This document shows, one piece after another, positions 9,443 through 16,942 of a stretch of DNA of 64,000 nt. The notes under the pieces were generated by a model that made no database searches, was not told the origin of the DNA, and saw only the letters and a program-made list of their open reading frames with translations. The DNA comes from Fidelibacterota bacterium. Lineage in GTDB: Bacteria; Fidelibacterota; UBA8477; JABMPR01. Position numbers and translations under genes: made by a program. The stretch lies in the NCBI GenBank assembly GCA_016784545.1, contig JADHUM010000006.1:2142-66141 (forward strand). The letters run 5' to 3'. Position 1 is the first letter of the stretch, and every line of letters begins with the position of its first letter.

Positions 9443-9444
9443 TC

Positions 9445-9531
9445 GGAGAGGTGGCAGAGTCCGGCTGAATGCACTGCACTCGAAATGCAGCGTACCTTAG
9501 GGTACCGGGGGTTCGAATCCCTCCCTCTCCG
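9445..9531 (+). tRNA. tRNA-Ser(CGA), long variable arm, CCA not encoded
   Basis: Acceptor stem GGAGAGG/CCTCTCC plus discriminator G, anticodon arm CTGCA-CTCGAAA-TGCAG, variable arm GTACC-TTA-GGGTAC, T loop GTTCGAATC. Confidence 0.96.
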
Positions 9532-9651
9532 CTATAGCTTTTTTTCTAATTGTTTATATTATATTTACGGCGCATTAAATACATAATTGTGTCATATATG
9601 TGCCGTTGAAAAAATATGCGTCCAATCTTTCAATTATCTTGGTAGAATTTC

Positions 9652-10830
9652 TTAGCTAAGCTCGACCTCATCGAACAGCCTTAGATATGCAGTGTATTGA
9701 TATCGGCGATGACGTTTATTCCCGGTAATTTCTGAAAGTATCTCACTTTCAACAAATTTCTTGATAAGCTCATTTGCAGCAGGGAAAGAGGTATTTGTTA
9801 CCGTTTTGACCTGTTCAACCGAAACCAATGGATGCTGAAATAGATAATCAAACACTTTTAAACCGTTTCCAACTACGCGTCCAAAGTTTTCCATAATCTT
9901 AAATCGCTGCATTTCCCGCAGTTCTGTAATTTTTCTCGCCGTCTCCGCTGCCTGAACACTTACTTGTGCCAGGCCATCCAGAAAAAAGACCAGCCATCCT
10001 TCCCAATCCCCCTGCTGACGAATGGCCTGCAAATGATCATAATAGGCCTGACGATGATACTTGAAGTAATATGACAGGTAGAGAACTGGCTTCTTTAACA
10101 AACCTTGCTCGCACAGCAGAAAGGTTATCAATAATCTCCCAATCCTCCCATTCCCATCAAGATAAGGGTGAATAGTTTCAAACTGGGCGTGAGCCAACCC
10201 TATCTTTATCAGGGTTGGTATTTCATCCTCCGCATGTAAAAAGTGCTCAAGGTCGCTTAAGGCTTGCACAAGCTCTTGGGGTGGTGGAGGTATGAAACTT
10301 GCCTGTGCAAGGGTACTCCCAGCTGGTCCAATCCAGTTTTGGCTGCGACGCAATTCACCGGGAGTAAGGTTAGAGCCCCTCACGCCCGCAAGAAGTCGAG
10401 CGTGGATCTCTCGAATGAGACGGACGGAGACAGGAAGCTCGGCAAGTCGATCTATTCCGTAATTCATAGCATCTATGTAATTGATGACCTCCGCAACATC
10501 TCGCGGTCGATAAGGATCCAAGATTTGAGCTTCAGCAGCTAAGACATCGTGAAGAGAGCTTTGAGTTCCCTCGATCTGACTAGAGAGCACTGCCTCCTTC
10601 CGTACATACATAAAAACGAATAAATCCGGATTCGGCAAAGTCTGGATAGAAGCGTCTAATCTGCTTAACACATTCTCAGCTTCAGATAATTTAGCTTGAA
10701 GATCATCAGAGATGTCTATTTGTGGGTTTGGCGATAACGGTGCAGGGATGAAGGCTTTATATCCACTATCCTGTTGAATATACCTACCGGTCCGTGTGGA
10801 TTCGATCTCACTATTTGATATATTACTCAA
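9652..10830 (-). CDS. Fic family protein (N-terminal DUF4172-like region, internal inhibitory helix, C-terminal winged-helix-like region)
   Basis: Catalytic HPYLDGNGRIGR, inhibitory motif SSQIEG, GELRRSQNWIG, C-terminal EITGNKRHRRYQY; TTG start. Confidence 0.93.
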   Translation of the reverse strand: MSNISNSEIESTRTGRYIQQDSGYKAFIPAPLSPNPQIDISDDLQAKLSEAENVLSRLDASIQTLPNPDLFVFMYVRKEAVLSSQIEGTQSSLHDVLAAEAQILDPYRPRDVAEVINYIDAMNYGIDRLAELPVSVRLIREIHARLLAGVRGSNLTPGELRRSQNWIGPAGSTLAQASFIPPPPQELVQALSDLEHFLHAEDEIPTLIKIGLAHAQFETIHPYLDGNGRIGRLLITFLLCEQGLLKKPVLYLSYYFKYHRQAYYDHLQAIRQQGDWEGWLVFFLDGLAQVSVQAAETARKITELREMQRFKIMENFGRVVGNGLKVFDYLFQHPLVSVEQVKTVTNTSFPAANELIKKFVESEILSEITGNKRHRRYQYTAYLRLFDEVELS

Positions 10831-10841
10831 CGTTCACCTTA

Positions 10842-10918
10842 CCTTTAATATATACACTCTTTCTATCCATATTATAGCCTGCCTTTAATATAGAATGATT
10901 CTCTCAGTATATTAAAGG
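10842..10918. promoter_or_regulatory. Operator-like repeat array upstream of the fic gene
   Basis: CCTTTAATATA at 10842-10852 and 10882-10892, inverted copy TATATTAAAGG at 10908-10918; minus-strand TATAAT at 10871-10876. Confidence 0.6.
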
Positions 10919-11208
10919 ATAAAATGATTTTCTCTCAGAGGGATGAGTCATGTGGATAACTAACGAAGCATGGTACATGATTTGGATATTCGTCGGCAAG
11001 GTCTCGAAAAAAAATGAGTTTTGATTTATTTGTATGTTGGATCCACTAGTAATTTAAAGCGAAGATTCATCTAGCAGAAAGAAGGTGAGTCAACGGCTAC
11101 CAACACCCTCTGCATTGAAGCAGCTATCAGCAGACCATTTGACACCTGTTTCATCGTAGACAGGACTCCCACATTTAATGAGTCAAAGTGTCGCCATGGT
11201 GAGAAGCA

Positions 11209-12540
11209 TTACGTTTGCTTTTTTTCATGAAGGGGTAATCGCAAACAAAAGCTATTTCCCCGAGGTCTGTTTGGCTCCACCCAACATTCCCCATGATGCG
11301 CCTGGGCAATACGTTTAACAATGGCGAGACCCAATCCCCTGCCCTGTTTTTCGCCCTCAGCGAGTTGGGCTTGACGTTCAAACACAAACTCACGTAAATC
11401 CTCAGGGATGCTGCTCCCAAAATCCTTCACAGCAATCACCACTGCATTTTCTTCGAAATGGGCTTCAATGATTATTTTGCTACCATCGCGGGCGTATTTG
11501 ATGGCGTTGCTGACATAATTTTTTAAAACTTCAGCAATTATCGGATTCGCTGATATAAGCACGTCCTGGGGAACATCTATTGTGAGAATCATACCGGCAT
11601 CATGTAGGCTGGCGTTAAACTCACTGGCAACCTCTTCCAGAATTTTACTGATATTCAATTTTTCAAGCGGAATCTTTTCACCGAAGGTAGCCTGGCTGAG
11701 AATTGTCGTATTTTCCAGGATTTTTAGCAGGCGATCACTGCTGGCATAAATCTCATTAATCAGTTTGTTATTCGGTAGGTTGGTTCGTGCGTGATCTGCC
11801 AGACTTAAGATTACCCCTGCTGGATTTTTTAGATCATGTGTAATGATATCCAGGAGCAATTCTCGCAAACTATCTGATTCGGCCAAAGCTTTTTCAGTGC
11901 GTCGCCGTTCTGCAATTTCGATTTTTATCAGATCAAGGGCTTTTTGGGTTTCCACCTTTTGTGAGCGGAGTCGTCGCTTTATCTTGTATATAAATCCCCC
12001 GAAAAAGGCAAACCAGAGCAGCAAAAGACTGAACAGAAAAAACAGGACCAACTCGTAATTAATATCGAATCCAGGACGTTCCTGGTAAAACTCCAAACCC
12101 AGGAGTCCTGCATATATCCCCAGGATCCAGCCGACAACAACGAGATACTGTGGAAGGTTCAGGCTCAACATTCCAAAGCTGAAAGGGGGTAGCATAAACA
12201 GAAGCACGAATGGCCGAGCTGCTGGTATCCAGTACATAAGCACAGCTGCAAATATTGCGGAGAATATGATTTGTTCCCTGGTCAGGGATGGTTCTGAAAA
12301 ACGCAAATTAGCCCCGGTATAAAACATGAGGAAAATCAGACCTGGACCACATAGCCCCAGCCCAAAGAGTATAAGCCATTGGGTCATGCTTAATTGACCT
12401 ATTCCCAGGCGAGTGACCAGAAAGGTGGCCATGAAGGCGACTATATATGTTCCCACTGCCATGAGAAATCTACGCATTCTTAATCGTTGAGCCCTCTGAA
12501 CGTCATACTCGCCTGGGCTGCCGGCTGTATTAACAATCAT
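11209..12540 (-). CDS. Membrane-bound sensor histidine kinase (multi-TM N-terminus, HisKA, HATPase_c); no response regulator nearby
   Basis: About six hydrophobic segments, H box ITHDLKNP, N box NYVSNAIKY, VKDFG, G2 box GRGLGLAIVK. Confidence 0.92.
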   Translation of the reverse strand: MIVNTAGSPGEYDVQRAQRLRMRRFLMAVGTYIVAFMATFLVTRLGIGQLSMTQWLILFGLGLCGPGLIFLMFYTGANLRFSEPSLTREQIIFSAIFAAVLMYWIPAARPFVLLFMLPPFSFGMLSLNLPQYLVVVGWILGIYAGLLGLEFYQERPGFDINYELVLFFLFSLLLLWFAFFGGFIYKIKRRLRSQKVETQKALDLIKIEIAERRRTEKALAESDSLRELLLDIITHDLKNPAGVILSLADHARTNLPNNKLINEIYASSDRLLKILENTTILSQATFGEKIPLEKLNISKILEEVASEFNASLHDAGMILTIDVPQDVLISANPIIAEVLKNYVSNAIKYARDGSKIIIEAHFEENAVVIAVKDFGSSIPEDLREFVFERQAQLAEGEKQGRGLGLAIVKRIAQAHHGECWVEPNRPRGNSFCLRLPLHEKKQT

Positions 12541-12956
12541 GTTCTTTCCCTCGATAGTATGGCTTGTACATCATGAATCGAAGTCAATGTAATTGACAAT
12601 TGTGGTTATTGCTTATGGAAAGTCTGATTTCTAAGGACTATTTTCCTTTAAATTAGATCTATAATTGTGACTCCCCGCGAGATGATCAGATTAATCGGAC
12701 GATAAGGTCATAGAAATGTATGTCATAGCATTTTGATATTCTCGAGCTTGCCCCGACCATTTACTGGAGCCCTCAATGCATATATCCTTCTGAATCAGGG
12801 TTTGAATCGAAACGAGCTTTAGCGACGGGAGTAGACTAACAACCCTGAGCTTGTCCATCGTGGAATGAAGTCAATACCTGACTCGATAAAAATTGATACT
12901 ATCTATGGACTGATCTAGGCGGGGATTCGAATCACTGCCTGGATGGTTTTAAAATG

Positions 12957-14045
12957 CTAAACAAATCCCTTCTCTACCAACAGCTCAGCAGTAAGAATGG
13001 CCCCACCAGCAGCCCCGCGGATGGTGTTATGCGAAAGGGCCACAAAACGGATATCAAAAAATTTATCTTCAGCCAAACGACCAATGGTCACAGCCATCCC
13101 ATCTCCATTGTTAACATCCAGATGAACTTGAGGACGATCTTCTTCCTCCATAACTAGAATTGGAGGCATAGGAGCAGATGGTAAACCCAATGACTGTGGT
13201 TCTGCTGTGAACTCTGACCAAATTTTCTTAATAGTCTCCAAAGCAGGTATTTCTTCAGCGAAATTCAGATAAACCAGGGCGGTGTGCCCATCAACGACGG
13301 GTACCCGGGTACATAAAGCGGACATATCCATTGAATAATCTGGAATTATTTGATTGTCTTCAAACAATCCTAAAATCTTCGAGGGTTCCTTTTCAGTCTT
13401 CTCTTCCTCCCCTGGTATGAGGGGGTTGACAGTGATTCTGCGCTCTGGTTCTGTAAGACCCTTGTATCCAGCTCCTGAAAGCGCTTGAAGCGTGTTCACC
13501 AGCACCTCCTCAACAGGATAGCCAGCTTCACGAAGGGCATGAATGGCTACCAGATAGGATTGAACCGAACAGTTGGGCTTTACTGCCACAAATCCAGTTC
13601 TGGGAAAATTTCTATTTTTTTGCTGTATAGGAAGAATCTCAAGATGATCACCATTAATTTCAGGAATGATCATGGGGACATCCGGTGTCCACCGATTTGC
13701 GGAGCTATTGCTTACCACAGGATATCCCTTTGAAGCATAAGCGAATTCAAAATCACGGGTGGCCTGCTTGTCCTCCAGCTCTGTGGCGGAAAAGAATAAT
13801 TTTATGTCCCCGGGAATGGTTCCATAATCAGTAACATCTCTCACCGGCATGTTCTTAAGTCCCTCAGGCATAGGGGTTTCCATCAACCAGCGCTCCCCCA
13901 CTGCTTCCCCATAGGTTTTTCCAGCTGAGCGTGGTGACGCCGCCAGATCCTTGATTTCAAACCAGGGGTGATTGGTTAGAAGACGCACATAATTTTGTCC
14001 CACGACACCAGTAGCACCCAAAACTCCCACTGCGATTTTAATCAT
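12957..14045 (-). CDS. asd: Aspartate-semialdehyde dehydrogenase (archaeal/eukaryal-like subfamily)
   Basis: GVLGATGVVGQ, DVPMIIPEIN, catalytic KPNCS, QALSGAG, CTRVPVVDGH, SHNTIRGAAGG. Confidence 0.95.
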   Translation of the reverse strand: MIKIAVGVLGATGVVGQNYVRLLTNHPWFEIKDLAASPRSAGKTYGEAVGERWLMETPMPEGLKNMPVRDVTDYGTIPGDIKLFFSATELEDKQATRDFEFAYASKGYPVVSNSSANRWTPDVPMIIPEINGDHLEILPIQQKNRNFPRTGFVAVKPNCSVQSYLVAIHALREAGYPVEEVLVNTLQALSGAGYKGLTEPERRITVNPLIPGEEEKTEKEPSKILGLFEDNQIIPDYSMDMSALCTRVPVVDGHTALVYLNFAEEIPALETIKKIWSEFTAEPQSLGLPSAPMPPILVMEEEDRPQVHLDVNNGDGMAVTIGRLAEDKFFDIRFVALSHNTIRGAAGGAILTAELLVEKGFV

Positions 14046-15433
14046 GCCTCTGCCCTCTCAAAAAGAACCTGATGGAGCCTCTGTATGGCCCTTTGGGCTT
14101 CGCTATCATGGACAATAAAGGAAATATTCCGTTTGGATGACCCCTGAGCTATGGCCTCCACATTGATTTTCTCCTGGCCCAGGACCTGAAACACCAGACC
14201 TGCAATCCCCGGTGTGTGCTGCATGCCTTCACCTACCACAGCCACCAATGACATATCGTTTTGCACTTTTACAGAATCAATGTATTTGGCCTTGAGCTCC
14301 TTCTCGAATTCATCATCGATACACATCAAAGCCAGATCCGTTTCCTCCGGCTTTACAGCAAAACAGGTGGAGTGCTCGCTAAAGGCCTGGGACACCAGCA
14401 TGACACTGATCCCCTTGTCGGCCAGACAGGTAAACAGACGGGCATTAATCCCCTTCACCCCAACCATACCTGCTCCCTGCATGCGGAGCAATGAGACATT
14501 GGAAACAGATGAAAGCCCCACCGTAATTTTCCCCAGCAGTGACCGATCTGGTGAGATGCGGGTTCCCGGCTGGTCAGGACGAAACGTGTTTTTGACAACG
14601 ATGGGAATCCTTTTATACATGGCAGGTATCATGGTGGGAGGAAAAATGACCTTTGCGCCAGCATGAGCCAGCTCCATGGCCTCTTCATAGGTTAATTCTG
14701 GGATGGGGACGGTCTTATCAACAATCTTGGGATTGGCCGTGAGGATACCATCTACGTCTGTCCAGATTTCAATTTGATCCACATTGAGGGCCGCCCCAAA
14801 AATACTGGCAGAATAATCAGAGCCACTGCGGCCCAGTGTGGTGGCGTTCCCATATTCATTGGCACCGAGAAACCCGGTAATCACCTGGAGACGACCATGA
14901 TTGGACACATACTCTCTGATACGATCATAGGACCTTTGGTAGTGGACATAGGCATTGCCATAATTGCTGTCTGTAATGACAACCTTGCGAGCATCTAGCA
15001 GTTCTGCATCGATGAGTTTGCTCCGCAGGTAGGCACTCATAATCCTGGCTGATAATAACTCGCCAAATCCCAGGAGAACATCCTTCCACATATTAAAATC
15101 AACACTGGCTCCCGGGCAGCGTGGGAGGTGTTCCTTCATGTCAGTAGAGAGTTGTCTGAAGGAGGACACCAGTTCCATATCGGTGTCCAGACCCAACTGC
15201 AACATGACGCCCTCATGTTTATCCAGGAGAGATTGCAAGGCAGGGGCTAAAAATTTACCGTCCCGGACATCCCCGGCTAGTTTTATCAGGGCATCGGTGA
15301 CCCCTTGCATGGCGGATAGGACGATATAAATTTCACTACCGGGGGTGTGAGCATTGGCAATAATTTGAGCAACGCGTTGGATGCAGGCTGCATCGGCAAC
15401 GGATGACCCCCCAAATTTTAGTATTTTCTTCAT
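14042..15433 (-). CDS. lysC: Aspartate kinase with two ACT domains and no homoserine dehydrogenase domain
   Basis: LKFGGSSV, TTLGRSGSDYSA, IWTDVDGI, GAKVIFP; ACT segments MVGVKGINARLF and GEGMQHTPGIAG, AIAQGSS. Confidence 0.92.
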   Translation of the reverse strand: MKKILKFGGSSVADAACIQRVAQIIANAHTPGSEIYIVLSAMQGVTDALIKLAGDVRDGKFLAPALQSLLDKHEGVMLQLGLDTDMELVSSFRQLSTDMKEHLPRCPGASVDFNMWKDVLLGFGELLSARIMSAYLRSKLIDAELLDARKVVITDSNYGNAYVHYQRSYDRIREYVSNHGRLQVITGFLGANEYGNATTLGRSGSDYSASIFGAALNVDQIEIWTDVDGILTANPKIVDKTVPIPELTYEEAMELAHAGAKVIFPPTMIPAMYKRIPIVVKNTFRPDQPGTRISPDRSLLGKITVGLSSVSNVSLLRMQGAGMVGVKGINARLFTCLADKGISVMLVSQAFSEHSTCFAVKPEETDLALMCIDDEFEKELKAKYIDSVKVQNDMSLVAVVGEGMQHTPGIAGLVFQVLGQEKINVEAIAQGSSKRNISFIVHDSEAQRAIQRLHQVLFERAEA

Positions 15434-15620
15434 TTCTGTTCTCTCACGCTTTGAATTGACAGTCCCAATAATAATCGGTCATGGGGAGTGGCAAAGGATA
15501 TTCTGCTAAAAAAGTGATGTGTTTGGTCTGTAGAAGCACATAATAAAATGGAGTATTTCCTCTACAGTTTTCGCGAGGGAGTGAAACGACCACGGCGATC
15601 TCCAGCACCCATGTCGACAA

Positions 15621-15841
15621 GCCAGTGCATCTTGCTGAGACGCGAACAGCGTGAGCGGAACTCGAAGCATGCGCTGGCGGAAATGATTCTTACAATTGTA
15701 CCCTAATCCTTCGAGACTGCCCTTCAGGCACCTCAGGATGACAGAATTATTTATCACGATCTTCAGGATTAATCCGCATTCAGTGCCAGTGCGTCTTGCT
15801 GAGGCGCGAACAGCGTGAGCGGAACTCGAAGCATGCGCTGG
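15621..15841. repeat. Cluster of three REP-like palindromic units in alternating orientation (+,-,+)
   Basis: 57-bp direct repeats at 15621-15677 and 15785-15841 (2 mismatches); inverted related unit at 15706-15743 sharing CTGAG...CTCGAAG(G/C)AT. Confidence 0.85.
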
Positions 15842-15907
15842 GTCGGTTGGTACCCAAAAAAAAGTCAACCTCTGAGGATTGCCTTTTAGTTCACATCTTC
15901 AAAAAGC

Positions 15908-16942
15908 TTAGCTAATGGTCACAGCTTTAACATGATCTTTGATCATGGACCTCAACTGTTCCATCTTCTCATCATCTTCCTTGGAAAGCAGGGAAACCAG
16001 ATTGTCCACTTTTTTGGCAGCCTGGAAGGTGTCCTGGGCTACCAGCAAGAGCGGCACATTTGTCCCGGATGCCCTGGCCAGAATATTTGGAGGAGGAAGG
16101 ATGTTATTGGTGAGAATAATACCAGCAGCATGCGTATCCAGGGCAGCCAGGATCATATCGCTCCTGTCACCACTGGTGATGACCAGTTTTGACTCCTTGT
16201 TGAATCGCTGCATCCGCAGGACAGCATCAGCAGACATCGCACCTACAAAAACATCCTTGATGGTGTTTTTCAGCCCTTTTTCTCCTGCCAATACCTTGGC
16301 AAAGAAAAGATCGGCCAGAAAACGCATGGAAGGTTTGGTGAGATTCTCTGCATAGGGCATCACGCCCAATACCGGCAGTTCCAAAGCCTTAAAGTGATCG
16401 CTGTAAACAGCCTTGAAATCTTCCACATCATGAACCTTGTTGATGATGACACCTGCCAGCTTTACCCCTCCCAGATCAATGGTCTTTCTGAGTGCACACG
16501 CATCATCCACGATTTGATCATTGGTTCCACTTAATACAACCAATAGCTCGCCGTCTAAATAATTGCACAGGGAGATGGCATCAAGATGCACTGATAATCC
16601 TCGGGTGAGTTCACTGCCACTCTCGACGAGCATAATATCTTTGCCTTGAGAATTGCGGGCAGCAATTTCGCGCACCTTGGCGGCAGTAGTTTTTTCATCG
16701 TACATGAATCTCAGCTTGGAATGGTCAAAACCGATACTCATTTCTTCAGGTGATTCTTCTGCTTTCATAGCAGTGGTACATACGGCGGCATCAAAATCCC
16801 AAAGACGTTTTTTGCGATACAGAAGCCTGTCACCGAAGGGCTTCAAATATCCCATTTTCTTAGAGGAGTTTTTGGCCAAGCCAACAATGACACTTGTTTT
16901 TCCGGCATCTTTCCGAATGGATGTTACAATTATATTTTTCAT
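15908..16942 (-). CDS. BioD-like P-loop + DRTGG domain protein (phosphotransacetylase N-terminal-like, no Pta catalytic domain)
   Basis: TSIRKDAGKTS, YLKPFG, LVESG, GVIINKV, VGAMSA, VITSGDRSDM, ILTNN. Confidence 0.85.
   Translation of the reverse strand: MKNIIVTSIRKDAGKTSVIVGLAKNSSKKMGYLKPFGDRLLYRKKRLWDFDAAVCTTAMKAEESPEEMSIGFDHSKLRFMYDEKTTAAKVREIAARNSQGKDIMLVESGSELTRGLSVHLDAISLCNYLDGELLVVLSGTNDQIVDDACALRKTIDLGGVKLAGVIINKVHDVEDFKAVYSDHFKALELPVLGVMPYAENLTKPSMRFLADLFFAKVLAGEKGLKNTIKDVFVGAMSADAVLRMQRFNKESKLVITSGDRSDMILAALDTHAAGIILTNNILPPPNILARASGTNVPLLLVAQDTFQAAKKVDNLVSLLSKEDDEKMEQLRSMIKDHVKAVTIS

Noticed and set aside
9532-9651. SRP RNA (ffs) or dif site after tadA-tRNA-Ser
   Set aside because: No SRP domain IV motif and no XerC/D consensus; only an imperfect inverted repeat ACGGCGCAT/ATGTGCCGT (9567-9606) of unclear meaning
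10951-10959. Perfect DnaA box TGTGGATAA (another, TTATCCACA, at 396-404)
   Set aside because: Only two isolated copies 10 kb apart, one inside serA; roughly 0.5 are expected by chance in 64 kb on both strands; no cluster, DUE or dnaA nearby
15621-15841. CRISPR array
   Set aside because: Only two 57-bp units with a 107-bp spacer that itself contains a related palindrome; sizes are outside the CRISPR range and no cas genes are present
15434-15907. Lysine riboswitch or attenuator upstream of lysC
   Set aside because: No recognisable L-box elements or Lys/Thr-rich leader peptide; the structure present is explained by REP-like units
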